A DNA stretch of 64,000 bases from Mytilus californianus (lineage: Eukaryota), in NCBI RefSeq assembly GCF_021869535.1, contig NW_026262723.1, positions 87,358,001-87,422,000 of the forward strand. The letters run 5' to 3'. A program made the position numbers and the translations under genes. The notes under the pieces were generated by a model. That model searched no databases, was not told where the DNA came from, and saw nothing but the letters and a program-made list of their open reading frames with translations. This document shows, in pieces, positions 49,095 through 62,100 of the stretch (positions are counted from its first letter, which is position 1; each line of letters opens with the position of its first letter).

Positions 49095-52000
49095 CGGATC
49101 AAATTAAATAAACTTTTACCTATACAGTTTTATTGGATCAAACGCAAGCCCTACACTACCGTTGTCAGTCATCTTTTACCGGTCATTATGAGTTTTTCAT
49201 TAAGAATGAGTGTAAAATCGGAAGGCGGTGGTACTTTAGAAATTGTTGGGCTCAGTCTTCTATTTTCCAAAAGCTTGTTTTATAAAATTTGTTTACGGTC
49301 TTGATCGAGTAAAGCCATTTCAATTGATATTTTATAGTGCGTCGTTTTATATTGTAATGTTACACTACTGTCTCAGGTTAGGGTGAAGGTTGGCGCCTGT
49401 TAAAACGTTTAAACCAGCTGCATTTTTATGCACCTGTCCTAAGTCAGGAGCCTGTTGTTCAGTGGTTGTCGTTTGTTGATGTGGTTCATAGATGTTTATC
49501 GTTTTACGTTTTTACTAGTATATAGATTAGACCGTTGGTTTTCCTGTTTGAATTGTTTTACAATAGTCATTTTGGGGCCCTTTATAGCTTGCTGTTCGGT
49601 GTGAGTCAATGCTCCGTGTTGAAAGCCGTACTTTGACCTATAATTGTTAACTTTTTATACATTGTGACTTGGATGATAAGTTGTCTTGTCTCATTGGCAC
49701 TCATACCACATTTTCTTATTTATATTTAAAGGTTGCAATTTTATGTCAATTATGTATGCTGCTATTTTGAAAATCTAAAAGGTTTACAAATAAGCCCAGA
49801 AGAAGCTTCAAATATCAAGCTATTACTTGTCCTGAATTAAGATAAGTGCGAAAATTCACATTTAATCCTTCAAGTGAAGGATTGAGTTGGCATTTCGTTC
49901 CGGTTAACCTACATTTGGACGAATAACGTCTCTTGGACTTTGAACATTTACAAAAATAATATTGATCAATCATGTGGTACGATGAGTCAATGCATCAAGG
50001 ATACCACGACAAACTGCAAAAATAAAACTATATTAGTAGGTATCCTGGATACACTGACTCATCATACTACTTGATTGATCAATATCATAAAAAAAATATT
50101 CTTTATAAACGCATTAAATCATTTACTACGTCATTAATATTACAATGATTGTATTGTCCGAAAAATGTTATTTAGTTTTATTACATGTCGGTGCATTTGA
50201 CCTTTTGAAGCACGTATATGATTTATCTCCACTATGACTCGGTTTACGGATAAATACATGTTTTGATTATTGTTAGTTTACTTTGTTTTTCGTAGTTCCT
50301 TCTATTTGTATTAGCTTATTAACGTTGACACCAAGATTTCTATGTTTACTTGCAATGTGCTGTTAACTATCCGTATCCGTATACTAAAAAATCCTAAAAG
50401 GTTTTAAGTCACCATTTTGAATTTCAAACACTCCTTTCAATAAAAGATTATAAAAAATATTTCTATGTGACCATATATAAAACCTTACAAAGACTAGCTA
50501 TTCCTTCCTAAATGATTCTTCTAACAGAAGCAAGCATAGGTTTTACAATCACTCATTAATCATTTCATGCAGGTAAAACAAAATCAATTTCGGCGAAAGC
50601 AACGTGACTGGCAAACGTTTCTTTGATTTTCAAAAACCTAGACGATATGGGAGATAAACTGTCATTCGGGTTTTGCTGGGTTTTTTTTCTTAATTTTTAG
50701 GTATCTATTTTGCCAATCAACTAGATGTCTAGTAAAAATGAATATCAGATGTACACAACGACCAATTAGGGCTAGTCATTCTCTTTATTCTGAATACCAT
50801 ATAGTAAAGCTTGTAATCTTCCTTAAATGGCTGTGGACATACTACTGTTTCTTAATAAACAAAACAAAAAAACAGGCAAATGAACCATCTTTTATCATGT
50901 CTGTATACCATGGCAAATACTTAAAAATACAAATGATGTTTTAAGAATACACTTAATTTAGCTTTCATTCATGGTATTTTACATGTATTTACGTCTAAGT
51001 GTGCTATTGTTATATTTAACTCCGGATCAAATTAAATAAACTTTTACCTATACAGTTTTATTGGATCAAACGCAAGCCCTACACTACCGTTGTCAGTCAT
51101 CTTTTACCGGTCATTATGAGTTTTTCATTAAGAATGAGTGTAAAATCGGAAGGCGGTGGTACTTTAGAAATTGTTGGGCTCAGTCTTCTATTTTCCAAAA
51201 GCTTGTTTTATAAAATTTGTTTACGGTCTTGATCGAGTAAAGCCATTTCAATTGATATTTTATAGTGCGTCGTTTTATATTGTAATGTTACACTACTGTC
51301 TCAGGTTAGGGTGAAGGTTGGCGCCTGTTAAAACGTTTAAACCAGCTGCATTTTTATGCACCTGTCCTAAGTCAGGAGCCTGTTGTTCAGTGGTTGTCGT
51401 TTGTTGATGTGGTTCATAGATGTTTATCGTTTTACGTTTTTACTAGTATATAGATTAGACCGTTGGTTTTCCTGTTTGAATTGTTTTACAATAGTCATTT
51501 TGGGGCCCTTTATAGCTTGCTGTTCGGTGTGAGTCAATGCTCCGTGTTGAAAGCCGTACTTTGACCTATAATTGTTAACTTTTTATACATTGTGACTTGG
51601 ATGATAAGTTGTCTTGTCTCATTGGCACTCATACCACATTTTCTTATTTATATTTAAAGGTTGCAATTTTATGTCAATTATGTATGCTGCTATTTTGAAA
51701 ATCTAAAAGGTTTACAAATAAGCCCAGAAGAAGCTTCAAATATCAAGCTATTACTTGTCCTGAATTAAGATAAGTGCGAAAATTCACATTTAATCCTTCA
51801 AGTGAAGGATTGAGTTGGCATTTCGTTCCGGTTAACCTACATTTGGACGAATAACGTCTCTTGGACTTTGAACATTTACAAAAATAATATTGATCAATCA
51901 TGTGGTACGATGAGTCAATGCATCAAGGATACCACGACAAACTGCAAAAATAAAACTATATTAGTAGGTATCCTGGATACACTGACTCATCATACTACTT

Positions 52001-52950
52001 GATTGATCAATATCATAAAAAAAATATTCTTTATAAACGCATTAAATCATTTACTACGTCATTAATATTACAATGATTGTATTGTCCGAAAAAAGTTATT
52101 TAGTTTTATTACATGTCGGTGCATTTGACCTTTTGAAGCACGTATATGATTTATCTCCACTATGACTCGGTTTACGGATAAATACATGTTTTGATTATTG
52201 TTAGTTTACTTTGTTTTTCGTAGTTCCTTCTATTTGTATTAGCTTATTAACGTTGACACCAAGATTTCTATGTTTACTTGCAATGTGCTGTTAACTATCT
52301 GTATCCGTATACTAAAAAATCCTAAAAGGTTTTAAGTCACCATTTTGAATTTCAAACACTCCTTTCAATAAAAGATTATAAAAAATATTTCTATGTGACC
52401 ATATATAAAACCTTACAAAGACTAGCTATTCCTTCCTAAATGATTCTTCTAACAGAAGCATGCATAGGTTTTACAATCACTCATTAATCATTTCATTCAG
52501 GTAAAACAAAATCAATTTCGGCGAAAGCAACGTGACTGGCAAACGTTTCTTTGATTTTCAAAAACCTTGACGATATGGGAGATAAACTGTCATTCGGGAT
52601 TTGCTGGGTTTTTTTTTCTTAATTTTTAGGTATCTATTTTGCCAATCAACTAGATGTCTAGTAAAAATGAATATCAGATGTACACAACGACCAATTAGGG
52701 CTAGTCATTCTCTTTATTCTGAATACCATATAGTAAAGCTTGTAATCTTCCTTAAATGGCTGTGGACATACTACTGTTTCTTAATAAACAAAACAAAAAA
52801 ACAGGCAAATGAACCATCTTTTATCATGTCTGTATACCATGGCAAATACTTAAAAATACAAATGATGTTTTAAGAATACACTTAATTTAGCTTTCATTCA
52901 TGGTATTTTACATGTATTTACGTCTAAGTGTGCTATTGTTATATTTAACT
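49095..52950. repeat. Near-identical head-to-tail tandem duplication, ~1.93 kb unit (49095-51021 and 51023-52950)
   Basis: Both copies start cggatcaaattaaataaac and end gttatatttaact. Only a handful of differences are visible. Each copy carries a minus-strand family A repeat. Confidence 0.95.
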
Positions 52951-54296
52951 TCTATTTTGAGTGTGCGTTCCTGACAAGAATGGTGTTATTGCTATATAAA
53001 CTTTTTAGCAGTTTGTATATTTCAATTGGATGTATTTTTATCACTTTTGTACAATTTCTTTATCCAAGCTGATGGAAGTTTCGTCCTTCGGGGTATCACA
53101 AGCACGGTAATCAACGCTTCTCTGCTGGTATGAAATATCTATATATGAATATATGATATCGGTTTTATAGGATAAGGATATATATTTTATGATTCACTGT
53201 AACCTATATGATTTAATTTTTCGAAAAACTTAGGTTTTTTTTATTCCCGGACAAAGATGGCATTATTTACATAACTTTTTGTAACTTTTTGGTTTTCATT
53301 GGTCTTCAGTTTCGGGATTTATTTAATCTCCCAACTGATCTGAGCATAGCTGAAAAGTTTTAGTTCTAATAACATATTGTATTTGAAATATCGCAAAAAG
53401 GATTAGACACAAGTTATTCCAACTTAGATCGTCTTCTCCTAAGATACAATATTAATCAACAGAATTTCATAGCATACAACAAATCATATGTAGAAAAACT
53501 CCGAATTCAGATAAGAAGTGAATACAGTCAATGACAACATTATAAATAACTCTAAATTCCCATGAGGGAATATAACATTAATATAACATAAGACAACCTG
53601 GTCTGACAATGTTCCTGTTTTGGGTACAGTCTAAATGACATGTGTCGAGGTAAAGCTAATTTTTAATTCGATAAGTGAAAAAAACAGGTGTAAAAAAAGA
53701 ACTACTTAACTGACGAGGTAAGAAAAATCTCGTTTATCACTAATGAATTTTGAGAGAATTTTAAAAATCCTTGGTGCAGTTAAGTACACCGACAGTATGT
53801 ATTGGATTTAAAATAAGAAAAAAAAATGAAACAACTATTGTGGAGATACTGACAAACTAAAAATTACTATTCTTACTACTATCGTTTTAATTGTGTAATT
53901 GCTATAGGTGAATACAGATCAATGATATTTGGTGATAAAAGTAATTGTTCGTTGCATAACTACCAAATGCAAAATAAAAAAAGAGTAAGTGAGTAAATTT
54001 TATTTTTATTTATAGTTGAAAAACGTAATAATACTTATAGCGAAAGCATTCGGCTCGGCTTCAAAATGCAGACAATATATCGTATTATTATACTTCATGT
54101 CAAAATTCGGCATTCTGATTGGTTAATACGAGGGAGACAATTTACTCTATCCCATAGCAAATACTCTATTACCTTTCACGGAGACGCTTGATCATTTATG
54201 CGCTTTACCAAATAGGGATGACTGTTATGTACAAGACGTCATAGTTTATTACTTTAAATTTGAAATTTAACAGACAATAATAACAGACCATTCAGT

Positions 54297-54447
54297 ATAA
54301 TAAAGTAAATAACACATAACTGAAAGGGTGATAGAGCAGATTGTTACCTCGAAAAAGCATTGTCAACCTTGGCTTCGCCGCGGTTAACAATGTTTTCTCG
54401 GGGTAACAATCTGCTCTATCACCCTCCCAGCTATGTTTTATTTTTAT
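54297..54447. repeat. Palindromic foldback element with a GCGAAGC apex (minus strand)
   Basis: agggtgatagagcagattgttacc..cattgtcaacc-tt-ggcttcgcc-gc-ggttaacaatg..ggtaacaatctgctctatcaccct. Confidence 0.9.
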
Positions 54448-55956
54448 AGAGTTGTTGGTCGCAAGTAACACAAATGTCACTGTATAACAAAAGCTTCGTC
54501 GTCATCATTTATGATAAAATTGAGAATGGAAATGGGGAATGTGTCAAAGAGACACCAACCCGACCAAAGAGCAGAAAACAGCCCAAGGTTTTAAGCTGAC
54601 GAGGAACAGCATCACTCGACCAACGAGAACTATATTTTGCATTCTAGTTAGCCAAGTGGTTCTAAAACACAGGACAGATTGCAGGTAGTGTTGATGTTGA
54701 TGTCACAACAGTTGCATCTGAACCCCACTTGAAAAATTATATAAATTTGAAAGTGCAAAATACAGTTTTAGCATTCACTCGGATAGTTGGACTGAGTTTA
54801 AAGACGAAAAACGTTGCGCAACAACAAATCATTGTTTAAAAAACATAATCCATAATTTCAAATTTACGGCATTATGCAGTGTTTGGAAAATAATTAACCA
54901 TTTGTATGAGCTTGGGTTAAATTCATTCTGACATGATTTCAGCACAGAAGTGTACATAAGGCTAAGTTGGTGGATAGAAAAAAGACTCAACATGATTATC
55001 CCTCATCACTGGATTTTACCTTTAATTTTTAGTTGAATATTTTTTTAAACCAAAATATGTTATCGTATTTAATATCATATGAAACGAGTTTCTTGTAGTA
55101 ATTTTAATGTTATTGAAATTATTGAACCAATGCATGCATATATATTAAACTAAGTCCTATATGCACGTTTTTTTATATTTATTACGAATCTATAACGCAT
55201 TATTGACAAATAATATTTTTATCAGTGATTGTTGATCACAAGCTAATTACTTTCGAGTTTACCGGATCGTGACATTGACATTTTTAATAATCAACACAGA
55301 GCGCGTGGAGCATGTGACAAATAAGTGAACTGATAAAGCCTTGAAATTGTTTTTTTTTATATTCTCCATGCGTTCCTATTTGTTAATTAAACTTTTCCTT
55401 ACCAGTTGTTAAATGATTTGTTGTATTTGATCTTTAAGAATCTGTTATTATTTATTTTATTTACCTTCCAGTGCACGTTTGTTTATATTCTTTAATCACG
55501 GTTTTCCCCTCGCACTTGCGCCGTGCGGTACCGAGTTCTAACGAGAGATCTCGTAGTTAAGGTCACTGCATATTGGAAAATATCGGTGAATTAGTGTACG
55601 GGAAGACAATAATTCAATAGTACATTTATGAAAAGTTTGATAATATAAAGGATTTTCTTTTACAAAAAAGTTCGCGTACACTTGTTTTATGCATGTAGTT
55701 AAACGTAGCCATTTTAGTAATAAAACATATTCAACGGTTTTTTTTTATTTGAAGTTTTATATGACTTTAAACAGAAAACGGGGTTAACGATTTTTCATTT
55801 ATCTATGTTGTAGGTCATTATCACAGTAAAAAGGTCAATGTAACATCTTAATATAACTGATTACACAAACATAATAAAAGTAGATTGGCAATCTGATAAA
55901 ATTATCAAAATTTGATATACATTTCACGTGCTTCTGTACCGAATTATACGACTATC

Positions 55957-56128
55957 ATGTTCTTTATATTTGTGCTTGGTATTCTTATTCATGGAGCATT
56001 CCCAGCAGCTCTTGACGACTATGTTTATCGAAATGACCCGTATTACAAGTTTGAGGAGATTGGGAAAGAGTCAGGACCTGGATATACCATGTATATGATA
56101 AATATGACATCACAAAAATGGAAATCGG
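55957..56128 (+). CDS. AprA/PqaA-like exon 1 (signal peptide to SQKWKS)
   Basis: ATG 55957; ends phase 1 at donor GTAAAT. Confidence 0.85.
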
Positions 56129-59100
56129 GTAAATATATCTTCATAAGAAAATAAGTGTACAATTCTAAGTATTTAAAAGCTTTCACCGTTGGTATAAACA
56201 ATTAAAATTTCGTGATGATTATTACAAATGCACAACAAAACATTTGACTGTAGTTGTTTCACATTTTATTAATAAAATTTGCACCATTATTGTTATTATT
56301 GTTATTTTACCAATTTCTTTAGATGAAAACTATACTGGTAATTTAGAAAATTTAACAATGTCATTTTCTCTGCTTTTGATAGAGGACAGACTAGATCATC
56401 CGATATGGTGGCATTACTTAGCCATAACAATACCAGACACAATTGTGTATAAAGATGCAGCTTTCATGCTGATTGATGGTGGCTCAAATGACGATGCGTG
56501 AGTATCAAAAAGTTTTTATATGAGAGAATAACTCACCGAAGCATATACTTGTCAAAACTGTGATCTGAGGCAAAACACGTTTGATGACTGTATTGATCGC
56601 ATATATTCTATTGAATTTTTAAAAATAATGCCACATTTTTCATACGCTTTGAAATTTTATTTTCATCTAAAAATTGACCGGGGTATGTTGGATAGGGTCG
56701 AAATTTTGCCTTGCAATTGGCTACGTACGGACCCCTCGTAGAGTTGTTGCATAGGTTCTTTAACGTGTTAAGAACGTGGCACTCTCGATACACGGAGCAT
56801 CGATTTAACGCCCTCATTACCACCGGACGTGGCTTGGTGTTTATACTTCCACACAGCACAGTTTTTAGCAAGGGTTACTGTTGGATTGGATGATAGTGAA
56901 GCTCAATTGATTACTAATCTTTATGACAATAGAGATGATATAAATTTTCCCATCTTGACTTTCCATTTCTATGTTTAAACACTCTTGGATATGGAATATA
57001 TATCTTTAAGTAGATATAACGTTCCATGGCGTGCGCATCATATCATGATTTTATATAGAGTGTTTCTGCTCACATTTGTTTATCAATAAAATCTTCATGG
57101 GAGAGTTTAATTCACCCAAAAGATTATTTAGAGTGGCCGTACCGAAAGAGGCGTCCCTTTTGGCTGTGCGGTATATATAAATACCCAGCTACATTCTGTA
57201 GCAAAAGGAGCGTGATTCGTTACCAATAGCAAGAATAGATCTCTGATTATTTTCAACAGGTACTTTTCTAATGATATTTCAAAAATCTAAAAGTTCACAC
57301 CCTTCAGCATGTTCATAACTGATTTATTGATTGATTTATTCTCATATGAATATGCGTAAAATTTGGATGTGGATGCTAAGCGACAACAATCTGCAAATAT
57401 TCATTTGTTAGAGAAAATCTAACCAGGTGGCCTCTTTTGATATAATTTTTTTTTTAATTCATCAGATATGTGCAGCAAATAATTATTAAGAAATGGATGA
57501 TCTGAGATTTTGTAGTCATTACATTACTGATGTCTGCCTAAAAAAACTCATCTTTTACAATTGACAGTAAGGAGTAATTTGTGTACTCAAATTTACACTT
57601 GATAATACCAAATGACTGTCTTGTTTTGCACTCTTCATTCAATGTTGCTTTAAAAAATCAATTTGGAAGTACAGCGGCTTACATGGAGTGTAAGAACCCA
57701 TAACACCTATTTTAGCAGATTGAGGAATGCAGTTTGCTCTCTATGGCTCTAAGGTTCCAACTCCTTCAGGCAAAGTTGACCTAAGATGAATTGACAATTC
57801 TGTTTAGTCCCTTCTTGATCATATAGCTGCGAACATTTCGGCGTATTTACGCATTCCTGGCTTTCAGATGTTTATGTTTGAGAGTTCCTGATTAAGGCAA
57901 ACCCAGAAAAGCGTTGTGGACGCACGAAATTTATATATTGTTTATTTCATTTGCTCTCGGTATTTACCAGCAATCTTTGATACGATATTATTTACTATTG
58001 TTTTCATCGGTGTTTTGTCGTTTTATAAATTTAACACAGAGGTTGTAGATTGAGGTAACGCATTTGAACTTACTTTAATTTATGTTGTAGAGAAAGGTAA
58101 CGCATCGGAACTTACTTTATTTTAACGTTCTTGTCTGTTTATTGTACTAACAACCTGTAAAGACTCAGTGTGATGTATAACTTGACAAATCACAAATTCA
58201 ACATATCTGACCATTTTTCGTTAAACTCTAATCAAACATTGTCAAATACTTATATGAAATCTCAGCGAGTTTTTACTTTAACCATGCATTAACGTTCCTT
58301 TTTTGTAAATAGAAAGTCAGACAACTGATTCCAGAACATATTCCTAAACTGAAGCTCAACATATACATTTAATGTTTCCTGTAACAGTCCACAATATGCC
58401 CGATCTCCATATATAAATTGTTAGTTATAATATCAAAAATTAAGATATTGCATTATACAATTAAAATTAAAAGACACTTTTTATAAATATTCTATCATTT
58501 TGAATTTATCTTTTTTCCACTAGACCACCTACTGTTAGTGATAACTTTGTGGCTCTGACCGTAGCCTTTGCTGTATCGACAGGTTGTATTGGTGCTGACT
58601 TAAAAATGATTCCTAACCAACCAATCGTATTCAAGGTAATCAAATTAATTTCAAATTGATTTTCGGTTTGATTAGACTGACGAAAAGATGTACCGATGAT
58701 CGATAAATAGCAACAAGACTTAGTGTTCATTTTTCAAGTACAAAAAAAAGTCTTATATTTATACCCCTTGAAAGTTTGGACGTTTAAATGGACAAGTCTG
58801 TATGTATGTCTGAACTAAATTTTGGGTCTATTTTCCAATTTAAACTTTGCGGAATTGTGCACCTCTTAACTTCGAAAATTTGATATCATTTAGTATGCAC
58901 TTTGATTTTGGAACTCCTCTCACATGCTTTATTAGAACTTTCATAAGACTTGAGCATGAAGATTGCCTATAGGTTTTTTTTTTTAAACAGTGAGATATAA
59001 ATACGTTGTTTATGTGTGTGTTCTTCGTAATGTCTTCTAAAATATCAGTAAATAAATCTAAAAAAAAAACATTAATGTCAAAAACAATAGTTTCTACCAA

Positions 59101-62100
59101 AATTGCAACGAACGAATGGTGGAAATATCACAATAACACGCAGATTTTCACCTTAAAAACTACATGTGTATACACGGTAACGAACATAAGATCATAAATA
59201 GATAGTTTCGCTACTGGAGTTATTCAGCTATTTCATCTAAACCTATTTAGGTAGTGTATTTGGTGTATTAAATTTCCGCATGTTTTGTAAACTTAGTTTC
59301 ACTTTTCCGCATAACTTTAAAAAGTACATGCTACTTTTCCGCAATTTACCTGGTCAGTTTTCAATATTTTTTTAAAGGGTGTATATCTGATCCTTTTAAA
59401 ATATACGACATTATATAAATAAGCAGATGGTGTGTAAATGCAAATGAGAAAACTATTCACCTAAAACCAAAGGGCAAATGTATAAACAACATCAGGTCAT
59501 CGTTATGTTTGTATTTTATCTAAATTCACTTTCAAACTGTGTGTGTATGACAAAATCCGCTGAAAATTGTGGAAAATAAAACGTTTTTTTTTTGTTTAAA
59601 TATAAAAAAAAAGATGTGGTATGATTGTCAGTGAGAAAACTCTCCACAAGAGACAAAAAGACACAGAAATTAACAACTATAGATCATCGTATGGCCTTCA
59701 ACAATGAGCAAAGACCATCCCGCATAGTCAGTTAAAAGGCCCCCAAATGACAAATGTCAAACAATTCAAACGAGAAAACTAACGGCCTAATTTATGTACA
59801 AAATAATGAACGAAAAACAAATATGTTACACAGCAACAAACGACAACCACTGAATTACAGGCTCCTGACTTTGGACAGGCACATATAAAATATTTATCAG
59901 AATGATTCCCAAGATTATTTAATCATTTTTTTCTAATGAATCTCATCAATACCATATCTGCATCAATAATTAAACATCTAATATTTCAATAGAAAAGTGC
60001 TTATTATTCTTCAATATACATTGTAAATCTTTATTGAAAATAATTGCAGAACAGTGGGCCATATATTTGAGGAAATATTTTTAAAAAAAATGCGGAAACG
60101 TAATGTCACTTATACAGTCACAAACTTGGCGATTTATACCTTTTAATTATTTGCAAATGATTCAAATTCTATTTTAGAAATAAATAAACTTTACAGCACA
60201 AGGTTAATGATTTCAATATTCTAATATCTTTAAAAAAAAAACCTTCATGTTTTCCCATTATTTTGGATGCATTTGTAAATGAATATTTTTACCTCCTGAA
60301 TGCCGTATTGACTTGTAACAGGATGATCCAGAACAGAAGAAGAGGAAAGAGGATGCCGTAATTGCATGGACATGGAAAACGTTTGTTGAAAAAAATTCAT
60401 CGGACCCAGAATTTTTATTACGCTTTCCTATGACCAAGGTAAATTATATCTATATTATTAGAACTTGTATGCAACATTTATTAAATTGTTCTACATATAA
60501 TATGATTAGTTTTATTTCAAATGAAATAATCATCTACCACACCAACCATACAAATTGACGTCTCCAAACAGAGAAACCTACATTCTATTCTAAGCTGTGA
60601 ATATGCATGTAATATTTTCCACTGGAAGTTTAGCTAGCAAAAACAACCGCACATTTCGATAGGAATACATTTGCTGTCTTTTAGAATAGTTATACCTTTG
60701 GATCATGTTTCATTTGCAACGATATACTAGAATTTCTCTTAAAAAAACAATGAGGGGAAATCCCTGTATGAATAGATTTGAAGACAGAAAAGGGTAGAAA
60801 AACAGGAGATTGTTCGCAACATGTTGAGGCCATAACGTTCTTCTTTTTTCGACATTATGTTAATTGTTTTAAACATTTACATCATTCTTTTCAGGCTAGT
60901 GTAAGGGGAATGGATACCATAGCATCCATTTCAAAAGAAAAAACCGGAAATGTCATCAATAAATTTTTCATTGCTGGAGCATCCAAGGTATTATCAATAA
61001 GAATTTAGCGAATTCAGATTTAGTCAAACAATAATGTACCTTTAAAGTCTTAATTTTTATAGTTCAATTCATAGATTTACATAACAGAAAAATGCCTAAT
61101 GACAAGTTCCATATCCGTGTTTATTTCTAACTAGGTTTATAAGTGCATGTATTACCTTGGTTAAACCATTAATATCTGATTAGGGACATTACTCCACGCA
61201 TTTATAGAAAAAGGGTCACGCTTCAAAAAGAACCAACGAAATATCATTGTTCATATTTATAAGTGCCAGGTTGCTGTTGCCGAGTCAAATTTCTAACTCG
61301 AATCAAATATCTACATATCTGTACCTTCCTATACATTGCGGACCCTTGAATTGATATATTATATTGTTCTATTTTTGTCGTTCTATCCCACGGGGGAAAC
61401 CTGAATGGTTCCAAAAAACAGGAACTGGCTTCCCCGACAGATGGGTTCGAATACTACCTCTTGTGAGGGGCGTCTGTGGTTATGCGGGGTGAATCAAACA
61501 CACAAACGTCATACGGCAATGACGTAAATGCCTCGCCGGAAATTCATCACGCTAATAGAACAAAAAGATCCATTTCAGAATTATCAATTCAGAGTTGGCT
61601 AATTTTGGATCGCTGTTATCCCATAAATAAATCAATTCTATAGTATGGCGTCCAGCGTCATGGGATGAGGGATAAATTTGAATTAAACTAATAAAATAAA
61701 ATGGTGTAATGATGACATAGCAATTTATAGTTTTAACTATGAATAATATTGTAAAATACCAGCTTTTATCAGAATGTTGGTTCTAATAAAACTCATGTCT
61801 ATTCTAAATATGGATTTATCTCTTTAATCCCATAAAATATGCATTATTCGAAATATCATTTATTTAGTTGAAAAGAGGGCGGTCTTTTTTATTCGTCAAG
61901 AAATAATGCCACTAAATAGTGTATGGATAAATAATTCGTTAAAAGGTGATATATTGAGATTAACATATAATTTACCATTTTTTAATACTAGAGAGGGTGG
62001 ACAACATGGACTACAGCTGCAGTCGACAAGAGGGTTGTTGCTATGGCACCACTTGTAATGGATCTTCTAAATATGCAAAAGGTAAGAATATTAGCTGCAC

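Noticed and set aside
50738-52873. Identical short ORFs MNIRCTQRP... at 50738 and 52601
   Set aside because: Identity is explained by the 1.93 kb duplication; no domain or splice support.
53705-53740. CTGACGA hammerhead-like word (also 54594)
   Set aside because: No correctly placed GAAA, stem III or cleavage triplet.
61430-61470. gggttcgaat B-box/T-loop-like word
   Set aside because: No cloverleaf or convincing A-box; at most a decayed SINE, not a tRNA gene.
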